Shown in pieces: positions 36,564-45,311 of a stretch of 64,000 nt of DNA (position 1 is the first letter of the stretch; each line of letters opens with the position of its first letter). A program made the translations under genes and the position numbers. The notes beneath the pieces are model-generated. The model saw nothing but the letters and a program-made list of their open reading frames with translations, ran no database searches and was not told where the DNA came from. This DNA is from Elusimicrobiota bacterium (GTDB lineage Bacteria; Elusimicrobiota; Elusimicrobia; UBA1565; UBA9628). The stretch is from positions 22,459 to 86,458 of the forward strand of contig JBIOJO010000006.1 in NCBI GenBank assembly GCA_044450965.1, read 5' to 3'.

Positions 36564-36748
36564 CCGATTTAGTGTACACGAAGAATTCCGCCGCGTCAAG
36601 AACCAACGTCAGCCGCGCGCATGACCAAAATCAGGGAGCGGAGGCGTTCGCGCCCACGGTCGCGCCCCCGCTTCATCCGGTTGTCAATGACGCCCGGAAT
36701 TGATTGAATACGGACGCCGCTCGTCGGAGAGACCCTCGAGGTGAGACC

Positions 36749-38254
36749 ATGACGACCGCCGCCCTTCCCGATGTTCACCCCCTTCTGAAGGACTTCTTGT
36801 CGCGCCCCGTCCATAAGCTTTTGATCGACGGGAAATCCGTCGACGCCGCGTCCGGAAAGACGTTTCAGACCCTCAATCCCGCCACCGGCGAGACGCTGGG
36901 CGTCGTCGCCGAGGGCGACGCCGAGGACGTGAACCGCGCCGTCGTCTCGGCCCGCGCCGCGCTGTCCGGACCCTGGTCGAAGCTGTCCCCCGCCGAACGC
37001 GAGCGCGTCCTGCACAAGGCCGCCGACCTGCTGGAGGCGCGCGCCGAGGCTTTCGCCCAGTTGGAGTCGCTCGACAACGGCAAGGTGATCCGCGAAGCGA
37101 AAAGCGGGGACCTTCCCCTCTCCGTCGCCCTTTTTCGTTACTACGGCGGCTGGCCGACCAAGCTTAACGGCGATACGACTCCCGTGTCCGTGCCGTACTA
37201 TCCGGGCGCGAAGTTCCTGCACTACACGGTGCGCGAGCCCGTCGGCGTCGTGGGCGCGATCATACCTTGGAACTTCCCCCTATTGATGGCGGTGGAGCGC
37301 CTGGCTCCCGCCTTGGCCTGCGGGAACGCGATCGTGCTGAAGCCGGCCGAACAGACTCCGTTGTCGGCGTTGTGGCTGGGAGAGCTTCTGCTCGAGGCCG
37401 GCGTGCCTCCGGGGGTCGTGAACGTCGTTCCCGGTTACGGCAAGACGGCAGGGGCCGCCATCGCGGGTCATATGAATATCGACAAGGTGACGTTCACCGG
37501 CTCGACCCAGACCGGGCGCGAGGTCGTGAAGGCGTCCGCCGGCAACATGAAGCGCGTGACCATGGAACTGGGCGGCAAGTCCCCGAACATCGTCTTCGCG
37601 GACGCCGACATGGACGCGGCCGCGCGCGGCATGTTCATGGGCATATTTTACAACCAAGGTCAGACGTGCTCCGCGGGCTCCCGCGTCTTCATCGAGCGCC
37701 CGGCGTATGAAAAGCTGATGGGCGCTTTGGCGGACCGATCCAAGACCATCAAGATGGGCAATCCCTTGGATCCCAAGATGCACATGGGACCGTTGGTCTC
37801 CGCGCAGCAGCGCGATCGCGTGCTTTCCTACATAAGCAGCGGCAAGGAAGAAGGGGCTCAGCTGTTGTCGGGAGGCGCGGCCGCGCCGGGCGCCGGTTAC
37901 TTCGTCCAACCCACCGTGTTCGGCGGCGTGAAGGACCACATGAAGATCGCCCGCGAGGAGATCTTCGGACCCGTGGTCTCCGTTTTCCCGTTCGACACCG
38001 TGGACGAGGTCATGGAGCGCGCCAACGCGACGGACTACGGCCTGGTCGCGGCGGTGTGGACCAAGGATGTCAAGAAAGCCCACCAGACCGCCGCCCGCCT
38101 CAAGGCCGGCACGGTGTGGATCAACTGCTACCAGTTCGTGGACGCGGCCGCGCCGTGGGGCGGCGTCAAGCAGTCCGGCTACGGCCGCGAGAAGGGCCAG
38201 TGGGCGCTGGACAACTACACGTCCCTGAAGTCGGTCTGGGTGGACCTCAACTAA
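36749..38254 (+). CDS. NAD(P)-dependent aldehyde dehydrogenase
   Basis: ATG preceded by GAGGTGAG. Motifs ELGGKSP and catalytic GQTCSAGSR. 501 aa. Confidence 0.9.
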   Translation: MTTAALPDVHPLLKDFLSRPVHKLLIDGKSVDAASGKTFQTLNPATGETLGVVAEGDAEDVNRAVVSARAALSGPWSKLSPAERERVLHKAADLLEARAEAFAQLESLDNGKVIREAKSGDLPLSVALFRYYGGWPTKLNGDTTPVSVPYYPGAKFLHYTVREPVGVVGAIIPWNFPLLMAVERLAPALACGNAIVLKPAEQTPLSALWLGELLLEAGVPPGVVNVVPGYGKTAGAAIAGHMNIDKVTFTGSTQTGREVVKASAGNMKRVTMELGGKSPNIVFADADMDAAARGMFMGIFYNQGQTCSAGSRVFIERPAYEKLMGALADRSKTIKMGNPLDPKMHMGPLVSAQQRDRVLSYISSGKEEGAQLLSGGAAAPGAGYFVQPTVFGGVKDHMKIAREEIFGPVVSVFPFDTVDEVMERANATDYGLVAAVWTKDVKKAHQTAARLKAGTVWINCYQFVDAAAPWGGVKQSGYGREKGQWALDNYTSLKSVWVDLN

Positions 38255-38255
38255 G

Positions 38256-39047
38256 ATGACCGCGACCGCTGCCTCCGAAGTCCTGGTCGAGCGCGAGGGC
38301 GCCGTCGGGCTGATCACCTTGAACCGGCCGCAGGCGCTCAACGCGCTGTCGTTCGCCGTGATGAAGGCCGTGGCCGACGCCGTCGAGAAATTCGCCACCG
38401 ACGACGCGGTCCGCGTGATCGTCATCGCGGGCGGCGCGCGCGCCTTCGCCGCCGGGGCCGACATCGGCGAGATGAAGGACCTCAAGAACGCGGGAGAGGC
38501 CCAGGCGCTGCTGGCGGCGCACCTGGCGCGCTGGGACCGCGTGGGCGCGTGCCACAAGCCGGTGATCGCGGCGGTGTCGGGCTTCGCCCTGGGCGGCGGC
38601 TGCGAGCTGGCCATGGCCTGCGACCTGATCGTCGCCTCGGAGACGGCCGTGTTCGGCCAGCCGGAAATATTGATCGGCGTGATTCCGGGCGCGGGCGGGA
38701 CCCAGCGGCTGACCAAGGCGGTCGGCAAGGCGCTGGCGACGGATATGATATTGACCGGACGCCGGCTGACCGCCCGCGAGGCGCTGGCGGCGGGGTTGGT
38801 CTGCCGCGTCGTCGCCCCGGAAGTTTTGCTGGACGAGGCGCTGAAGATGGCGCGCGAGATCGCGAAGGCCGCCCCCCTCGCCGCGCGGGCCGCGAAGGCG
38901 GCCATCAAGCCCGCCGTGGACCGCGGTCTCGATGCCGGACTAACTCTCGAGCGAGAGGCGTTTTATCGGTTATTCGATTCGGCCGATCAAAAAGAAGGAA
39001 TGAAGGCCTTCGTCGAGAAGCGGGCGCCGAAATTCACCGGGAAATGA
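38256..39047 (+). CDS. enoyl-CoA hydratase (crotonase family, PaaF-like)
   Basis: Starts 1 nt after the ALDH stop. AGADIGEM and GGGCELAMACD. Confidence 0.9.
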   Translation: MTATAASEVLVEREGAVGLITLNRPQALNALSFAVMKAVADAVEKFATDDAVRVIVIAGGARAFAAGADIGEMKDLKNAGEAQALLAAHLARWDRVGACHKPVIAAVSGFALGGGCELAMACDLIVASETAVFGQPEILIGVIPGAGGTQRLTKAVGKALATDMILTGRRLTAREALAAGLVCRVVAPEVLLDEALKMAREIAKAAPLAARAAKAAIKPAVDRGLDAGLTLEREAFYRLFDSADQKEGMKAFVEKRAPKFTGK

Positions 39048-39092
39048 TTTCAGTGACTCTGGAGTGAGTCGATCAATCCGGTCAGGATTAAC

Positions 39093-39899
39093 ATGAACGA
39101 TCAAGCCGTCGCCTCCGAGTTTCTGCCGGTCAACAAAGACGGGGTATTGACGCTCACGCTGAATCGCCCCGACGCGTTGAACGCATTAACGAGCACTATG
39201 CTGCGCGGCCTGACCGACGCCGTCACGAAGGCCGGCCGGGATAAATCCGTGCGGGTGGTCGTCATCGCGGCCGCGGGCCGCGCCTTTTCCGCCGGGGCCG
39301 ATTTGGGCGATGTGAAGAAGCGCATGGCCGACGGAAAATTCGAACACGGCGAAGAACTGCGTAAATCATTTAATCCGTTGATCCTGGCCATAAGACGTAT
39401 CGAGAAACCGGTGGTCGCCGTCGTTCAGGGAACCGCGGCCGGCGCGGGGGCCAGTCTCGCTCTCGCCTGCGACCTGAAGATTTGCTCCAGTGAGGCGAAG
39501 TTCCTCAACGCGTTCTCCAAGGTCGGTCTGATCCCGGACTCCGGCATGACGTGGTTGCTCCCCCGCGCCATGGGATTGTCCCGCGCGCTGGAGTTCGCGT
39601 GGTTGGCCAAGCCGATCTCGGCCGAGCAAGCATTATCGTTTGGATTGGTGAACCGCGTGGCGCCCGCCGCGGAGCTGCCCGCCGCCGTCGGAGAGACGCT
39701 GTGTTCGTTGTTCGCCGTGCCGCCGTTGGCGTTGGCGTTGACGAAACGCGCGATGAACCGCTCGATGGAAGGGGCGTCGCTGGAAGATCAGATGGAGTAT
39801 GAGGCTCAACTGCAATCCTATTTAGGAAAATCGAAAGATCATGCCGAGGGAGTGGCCTCCTTCTTGGAAAAGCGCCCGGCGAAGTTTATTGGAGAATGA
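39093..39899 (+). CDS. enoyl-CoA hydratase/isomerase (PaaG-like)
   Basis: AGADLGDV and GAGASLALACD. 268 aa. Confidence 0.85.
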   Translation: MNDQAVASEFLPVNKDGVLTLTLNRPDALNALTSTMLRGLTDAVTKAGRDKSVRVVVIAAAGRAFSAGADLGDVKKRMADGKFEHGEELRKSFNPLILAIRRIEKPVVAVVQGTAAGAGASLALACDLKICSSEAKFLNAFSKVGLIPDSGMTWLLPRAMGLSRALEFAWLAKPISAEQALSFGLVNRVAPAAELPAAVGETLCSLFAVPPLALALTKRAMNRSMEGASLEDQMEYEAQLQSYLGKSKDHAEGVASFLEKRPAKFIGE

Positions 39900-39900
39900 C

Positions 39901-40728
39901 ATGACCTTGGAACCCAATCGGATACGTGAAGAGAAGCTGCTGGCGAAGATCGCCAAGGGCGGCAAGATCGAGACGCTGGAGGAGATGAGCGACGAGTACC
40001 GCGAGCATCTCACCAACCTGATGTCCATGCAGGCCGACTCGGAGCTGGCCGGGGCGTTCGGCTACGTTCCGTGGATCACCAAGTCCCCCGACATCAAGGA
40101 GACGCTTCAGGTCGCGCAGATCGTCAAGGACGAGGTACGGCACGCGCGCGTGATGTACCGCCTGCTGGAAGGGATGGGCGTGGACACGGACTCCTACTAC
40201 AAGACCCACAACTTCAACCTCCGCGTGGACACCGACGATATAGGAACCCTGCGCGCCGCCGACGACAAGCGCGTCAACATCTTCTACTACCCCATCGAGA
40301 CCTGGTTCGACTTCATCATGTTCAACTTCTGCATGGACCGCGGCGCGGGCCACCAGCTGGAGGACAGCCTGGACTGCTCGTACAAGCCCTGGTGCGACGG
40401 CATGGAAGGCATCTTCAAGGAAGAGGAGATGCACATGGCGCACGGCGACCAGTGGGCGAAGAAGCTCTCCGAGGACCCGAAGACGCACGACGAGCTGCAG
40501 AAGGCCTTCGACAAGTGGTATCCGCGGACCATGAACATCTTCGGCCGCGCCAATTCCCCGAAGAACGCCATCTACCGCAAATACGGCCTGAAGAAGCGCG
40601 ACAACGACGAGGTCCGCCAGGCCTTCGCCGCCGACATCAAGTCCAAGTCCGACAAGTTCGGCCTGAAGGTTCCGGCGTGGACGCCGGTGGCCGCCAAGAT
40701 GTCCGAAGAGCCGTTCATCCCCGGATGA
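39901..40728 (+). CDS. PaaA/PaaC-family ferritin-like diiron protein (stand-alone)
   Basis: ATG 1 nt after the previous stop, with GGAG upstream. Carboxylate/His ligand pattern SELAG ... DEVRH ... QLED ... EEEMH as in phenylacetyl-CoA epoxidase subunit A. 275 aa. Confidence 0.7.
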   Translation: MTLEPNRIREEKLLAKIAKGGKIETLEEMSDEYREHLTNLMSMQADSELAGAFGYVPWITKSPDIKETLQVAQIVKDEVRHARVMYRLLEGMGVDTDSYYKTHNFNLRVDTDDIGTLRAADDKRVNIFYYPIETWFDFIMFNFCMDRGAGHQLEDSLDCSYKPWCDGMEGIFKEEEMHMAHGDQWAKKLSEDPKTHDELQKAFDKWYPRTMNIFGRANSPKNAIYRKYGLKKRDNDEVRQAFAADIKSKSDKFGLKVPAWTPVAAKMSEEPFIPG

Positions 40729-41093
40729 TCCGCAAACTGCGCGAAGGCTTCGTGGACCGCGTCGCCGCCGACAGCGGCGCGCTCGCGTTCTTCAAGTGGC
40801 TGATCATCGGCATGATCCTGCAGGTGGTGTGCATGCTGCCGTTCCTGCCGCTCGTGCTGGCGACCTTGCTCCTGCCCGAGGATCTGCAGCCGCTGGCCGG
40901 CGGCGTCGTCTTCCTGGGGGCCTTCCTTCTCGTGCGCTGGTTCCTCTTCGCGTCGCCGTGCGCGGAGGTCGGCCAGCTCAAACGCCGCGGCGGCCGGACC
41001 GTGTGGCTGGCGACCGGCCTGGTGTTCGGCATGTTCACGCTCGGCGTCGCCGCCGCGTTGGAGCCTAAAGGCGGAAGCGGCGTGAGCGCGTGA
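40725..41093 (+). CDS. small integral membrane protein, unknown function
   Basis: ATGA overlap with the upstream stop. 122 aa with about 4 hydrophobic helices. Confidence 0.55.
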   Translation: MIRKLREGFVDRVAADSGALAFFKWLIIGMILQVVCMLPFLPLVLATLLLPEDLQPLAGGVVFLGAFLLVRWFLFASPCAEVGQLKRRGGRTVWLATGLVFGMFTLGVAAALEPKGGSGVSA

Positions 41094-41794
41094 ACGCTCG
41101 CTGGAGCGGCTTCGCGCGGGAGCTGCGCGACCGCGCCGCCGCGCGTCCGTGGCTATGGGCGGTTCCGGCGGCGGGCCTCGCGGAGGCCGAGTTGGTCGGC
41201 GCCGCGCATTTGCCCGGCGGTTACTTGTCGTTGATCTTGAAAGTCGTGCCGGTCCTCACCGCGGCCCTGTTCGCCGAGATCTGGGCGGGGGACGGCGCCG
41301 GCATCGACGCCGACCGATCGTTCGAGGCCGGAGTGATTTTTTTCCTCCCGTACCCGGTCCTTCTTGCGGCGACCTGGCTCCTGAATACGTTCGCCGTCGG
41401 GATGTTCGTCAAAAACATGGATCAAGCCTCATTGCTGAAAGCCGTCGACGCCATACGAATCGCGCTGAGCGTTCTGGCCATGCTCGCCTTGGTGCTCTCG
41501 GCCCTTGCCTTCGCGCGCTGGAAGGACCGGAGCGGCGCTTGGGCGGCCTTCGGCCCGGGCGCGCGTGCTCTCGCTTTGAATCCCGTCTTCGTGATCCTGA
41601 TTCTTGGCGCGACCTGGTTCTCGCAGGAAGTTCTCGCCTTCGCGGCGCGGCACGTCTCGCTGTGGCCGGTGGACGCGCGCGGCGATAATCTGTTGATCGA
41701 TTTGGTCTGGGGCTACCTCCACTCGACTTTGCGTCTTTTCGGCTGCGTGGCCGCGCCGCTTCTCGCGTCCTGGTCGGGACGGCTGAAGTCATGA
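41090..41794 (+). CDS. integral membrane protein, unknown function
   Basis: GTGA overlap with the upstream stop. 234 aa with about 6 hydrophobic helices. Confidence 0.55.
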   Translation: MNARWSGFARELRDRAAARPWLWAVPAAGLAEAELVGAAHLPGGYLSLILKVVPVLTAALFAEIWAGDGAGIDADRSFEAGVIFFLPYPVLLAATWLLNTFAVGMFVKNMDQASLLKAVDAIRIALSVLAMLALVLSALAFARWKDRSGAWAAFGPGARALALNPVFVILILGATWFSQEVLAFAARHVSLWPVDARGDNLLIDLVWGYLHSTLRLFGCVAAPLLASWSGRLKS

Positions 41795-42867
41795 TCCAGC
41801 GGGTGGCCGTGGTCGGCGCCGGGACGATGGGCCTGGGCATCGCCCAGCTGTGCGCTCAGGCGGGCTTCTCGGTCAAAATCCACGATCCGTTGCCCGCCGC
41901 GCTCGAGTCGATGCCGTCCCGCCTTCGCAAGTCGCTGGACGCCGCCGTGCTGCGCGGCAAGATCACCACCCAGCAGGCCGACCGCGCGTACCACTCCATC
42001 TCCCCCGCCCCGGCGCTGGCGGACCTGGCCGGCGCGGAGCTGGTGATCGAGGCGGCGCCCGAAAATTTGGCGCTCAAACAAGAATTGTTCGAGAAGCTGT
42101 CGAAGATCTGCGGGGACGCTCTTCTCGCCACCAACACGTCGTCGTTGTCGGTGGCGGATATCATGAAGAAGGTCTTATACCCCGAAAGAACCTTGGGGAT
42201 ACACTTCTTCAACCCGCCCGTCGCCATGCGTCTGGTGGAGATGATCCGTACCGACAAAACCTCCCCCGCCGCCTTCCAGGCCGCCTGGGACTTTCTTTTG
42301 ACGGCGCTGCGCCGGACGCCGGTGGACGTGAAGGACGTGCCGGGGTTCATTGTGAACCGGGTCATGCGGCCGTACTACGTGACGGCGCAGAGGCTTGTGA
42401 ACACCGGAACCGATTTCACCGCCGTGGACGAGGCCTGCAGGACCGCGGGCGGGGTGCCCATGGGTCCGTTCGAGCTGATGGATCTCATCGGGTTGGACAC
42501 GAATCTGTCCATCACGAAATCCATTTACGAGGCGTTGGGCCGTCCGGAGCGCTTTGCTCCCCCGGTCCTTCAGCAGGCGTTGGTGGATTCGGGCTCGATC
42601 GGGCGCAAGGCCGGACGCGGGTTTTACCTGTATGAGGACGGAAAGAAAACAAAAGTGAATCCCGCCGCGGCCGCGATTCTGCCCCCCGGAAGAACCGGCG
42701 CGGCGGACGCCGGGTGGAATAAATTGCGCGAGATGCTCATCGCCGAGGCCGAGATGATAGTTTCTGAGGGCACCGCGAACGCGTCGGATGTTGACGTAGC
42801 CATAAAACTGGCGATGAATTTTCCGAAGGGGCCTTTCGAATGGCGAAAAGAAAGCACGGCCGCGTAG
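41791..42867 (+). CDS. 3-hydroxyacyl-CoA dehydrogenase (PaaH/Hbd-like)
   Basis: ATGA overlap with the upstream stop. Rossmann motif VAVVGAGTMGLGIA. NTSSLS and HFFNP motifs. Confidence 0.9.
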   Translation: MIQRVAVVGAGTMGLGIAQLCAQAGFSVKIHDPLPAALESMPSRLRKSLDAAVLRGKITTQQADRAYHSISPAPALADLAGAELVIEAAPENLALKQELFEKLSKICGDALLATNTSSLSVADIMKKVLYPERTLGIHFFNPPVAMRLVEMIRTDKTSPAAFQAAWDFLLTALRRTPVDVKDVPGFIVNRVMRPYYVTAQRLVNTGTDFTAVDEACRTAGGVPMGPFELMDLIGLDTNLSITKSIYEALGRPERFAPPVLQQALVDSGSIGRKAGRGFYLYEDGKKTKVNPAAAAILPPGRTGAADAGWNKLREMLIAEAEMIVSEGTANASDVDVAIKLAMNFPKGPFEWRKESTAA

Positions 42868-43064
42868 CGGTCCGCCGCAAACTGCCGAGCCTGTTCGAGC
42901 TGCTGAAGAAGGACCAGGCGCGGGTGATGGCCGTCCTGAGCCGCCACGGCGTCTATTTCGACGCGGGCACCTTCGTCACGCTGTCGGCGCCGCTGGAGAA
43001 GGTGGCGGCCTACCACGCGGTCCCGGACCGCAAGAAGTTCCTGAACGACCTTCTCGGCCGCTAG
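42840..43064 (+). CDS. small hypothetical protein (74 aa)
   Basis: Strong GC3 bias in this frame. Overlaps the dehydrogenase end by 28 nt. The start is uncertain (an internal GTG-ATG is possible). Confidence 0.4.
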   Translation: MAKRKHGRVAVRRKLPSLFELLKKDQARVMAVLSRHGVYFDAGTFVTLSAPLEKVAAYHAVPDRKKFLNDLLGR

Positions 43065-43666
43065 GACTTAGGAATGGAGCGGCCGGCCTCTTTCCGGAGC
43101 CACTCCCAGAAATCCGGGCTGGCGCGGTAGTAGTCGGCCGTCAGGCCCGGCTCTCCGATGACTTCGAAGGCGTCCAGGAAGTCGGTGAGCGATTTCTTGT
43201 CCTCGGCCGCGAGCGGCGCCGCCTTCGCGTACAGCGCCGCGGTCTTGTCCAGCGCGGCGAACAGCTTCGCCTCCTCGCGGTAGTAGGCGGACTGGGAAAT
43301 CCCGTCGCGCACGGCCGGTCCGCGCGAAACCCCCTCCCCGGCGCTGAGCTTGGCGCAGCGCTCGGCCACGTCCGGGTCGCGCGAGAAGACGCCCTCGAAC
43401 ATGGGCGGCAGGACCTCGGATTTCCCCGGCGAGGTCACCGTGGGATAGAACAGGACCTTGAAGCCGTCGCGGACGGGGACGGGGACGGTCTGGCCGAAAT
43501 TCATCGGGACCAGCTTGGCGCAGGCGGCGCCGGTGCGCACCTGGCCGGCGCGCTGGTACAGCGGGTCGGCCTGGACCTGGTCCGACCAATAGGAGGACCC
43601 CTTGCAGGCCGCCAGAAGGCCGGCGGCGAGGATCAGACAGCGGCGGAGCTCAATGTTTGGAGGCAT
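43061..43666 (-). CDS. lipoprotein of unknown function
   Basis: Lipobox LLAAC. 201 aa. The start overlaps the upstream papain-fold gene by 17 nt. Confidence 0.6.
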   Translation of the reverse strand: MPPNIELRRCLILAAGLLAACKGSSYWSDQVQADPLYQRAGQVRTGAACAKLVPMNFGQTVPVPVRDGFKVLFYPTVTSPGKSEVLPPMFEGVFSRDPDVAERCAKLSAGEGVSRGPAVRDGISQSAYYREEAKLFAALDKTAALYAKAAPLAAEDKKSLTDFLDAFEVIGEPGLTADYYRASPDFWEWLRKEAGRSIPKS

Positions 43667-45200
43667 CTTGGAAGGTCACCAGGTTCTTGGTCCACACTTT
43701 ATTGAATTCGGGAGCCGAAATATAGCGGGCGGCCTCGCCGGTGCCGGTGTCGTTGACGTAGTAGCCGCGAACTTCCCCCTTGCTGTCGACCTCGGCGCCG
43801 GTGACGTAGATGGCGTGGGTATCCCGGTCGCCGATTTTGGGATCGTTCCAGAAGCCTTTGACGTAGACGAAGACGATGGCGTCCCCGGTCTTCTTGACGG
43901 CGGCGTCGAGCTGCTTCGTCGTGGCGTTGTCCACGGCGTCGGCCTTCACGCCGTGATCGTTGAGCAGCGAGTCCAAGTGGCCCCAGGGCGTTCCGCCCTC
44001 GCGGCTTCCGTCCGAGGTGGCATAGTCCACGAAGTAGCCCTTGTCGCGGCCCTCCACGGCCAGGTCCTCGATCTTGACCTTCTCGCCGCGGGCGCGCATG
44101 GCCTCGAACTGGGTGGCGACGGCGCACGACGGACCCTTCTGGTGGAAGATCAGCTCGGCCTTCCCATACGGATCTCCGACGGTGTGGGTCAGGCCCCTCA
44201 CGTGAAGCAGGGCGATGGTGGCATCGTCCGCCAAGCGCCGGGCGGCGGCCTCGGGGCCGCGGGCGAAGTAGTTGCGCTGGTCCCGTTCCTGTCCGTCGGG
44301 GATGCCGGGCGGAGGAGACGACTTCAGGTCGGACAAGGGCGCTACGGGCTTGCCGACGACGGCGTCGAGGCGGGCGGCCAAAGCATCCTTCGGGCTGGGG
44401 CCGGGGAGCGCCTCTCCGATATGGCTTCCCCCCCCGTCGAACGCCAAGTCGAGAGCGGAGGGATCCCGGTCCATCCCCTTCATCCCTTTGGACAGGGCGG
44501 CCTGCTGTTTGGCCACGGCGGCCAGCTTCTTGTCCAGATCGGCGCTGGCTTTGTCGATGATCTTCTGCTCGTCTTCCTGGACCAGCCCGCTCAGCTGCTG
44601 CGAACGGTCGATGATGGGCTGGATGTACGGGTGCCAGCTGACGGGCCATGAGCCCGCCGTCTTCTCCACGTAGGTCTGTCCTTCGCGGGCGGGCCACAAG
44701 AAGGGCTTGGCGGCCTCGAAGACGCCGGTGCTGAGCAGGATGTTGAGCTCGCCGATCTTCTTCATCCTCTCGTCCACGGTGATGTTCCGGGGCTTGCCGT
44801 CCTTGCCCTTGACGGTCTTCGGCACCTTGGCGGGATCGGTCTGGATGATCAGGGCGGCGACGACCTTGATGTACTCGTTATGAGCTTCGTCCGCCTTGCC
44901 GATCACGTCTTCCAGGAATGCCTTCTGGGCCTCCAAGGTGGGCAGGTTGTTGAACATGTCTCGGCCGCCCTTGATGGAGGCGTGTATATAGTCGCACTCG
45001 TAATCCATCACGCGCTTCTCATCGTAACCCTTGCCGTTGGTGTAGGCGAACGTGCAGGGATACATGAAATACAGGAGGACCTTGGCGGGGCTTCGGTTCG
45101 GCGTCGGTGCCGGGTTTTGCGGCCGGGGTCGGGACCGGAGCGACGGAGGGGTCGCCGGCGAACCCGCGCGTGGCGGGGCCGGCGAACAGGACGAACGCAA
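43650..45200 (-). CDS. protein with C-terminal papain-fold (C39-like) Cys-His-Asp domain; N-terminus ambiguous or frameshifted
   Basis: GC3-rich coding signal begins near 45083 (first in-frame ATG at 45065). The C-terminal ~170 aa carry HQKGPSCAVATQ (Q..C), DTHAIYVTG (His) and YYVNDTG (Asp). The predicted N-terminal 40 aa of the ORF look non-coding. Confidence 0.6.
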   Translation of the reverse strand: MRSSCSPAPPRAGSPATPPSLRSRPRPQNPAPTPNRSPAKVLLYFMYPCTFAYTNGKGYDEKRVMDYECDYIHASIKGGRDMFNNLPTLEAQKAFLEDVIGKADEAHNEYIKVVAALIIQTDPAKVPKTVKGKDGKPRNITVDERMKKIGELNILLSTGVFEAAKPFLWPAREGQTYVEKTAGSWPVSWHPYIQPIIDRSQQLSGLVQEDEQKIIDKASADLDKKLAAVAKQQAALSKGMKGMDRDPSALDLAFDGGGSHIGEALPGPSPKDALAARLDAVVGKPVAPLSDLKSSPPPGIPDGQERDQRNYFARGPEAAARRLADDATIALLHVRGLTHTVGDPYGKAELIFHQKGPSCAVATQFEAMRARGEKVKIEDLAVEGRDKGYFVDYATSDGSREGGTPWGHLDSLLNDHGVKADAVDNATTKQLDAAVKKTGDAIVFVYVKGFWNDPKIGDRDTHAIYVTGAEVDSKGEVRGYYVNDTGTGEAARYISAPEFNKVWTKNLVTFQDASKH

Positions 45201-45234
45201 AGAAGGTTGCGGCGAGGATTCTCTTCGGGGACAT
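45085..45234 (-). other. signal peptide plus Pro/Ala linker, encoded in a different frame from the downstream papain-fold ORF
   Basis: Part of ORF 45019..45285. MSPKRILAATFFAFVLFAGPATRGFAGDPSVAPVPTPAAKPGTDAEPKP has high GC3 up to the C4 run (plus-strand G4 at 45087-45090). After that run, GC3 moves to the other frame. Confidence 0.55.
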
Positions 45235-45311
45235 GGGGTTCGAGACCTCTCGCTGTGAGTATAAGCCGTTTCGCTGATTTATCAAGGGGTATTTTCCGCT
45301 AAACTGTCGGT

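Noticed and set aside
45235-45250. tRNA-like T-arm sequence GGGGTTCGAGACCTC
   Set aside because: No acceptor, D or anticodon stems can be built around it. It lies at the start of a coding region and promoter gap.
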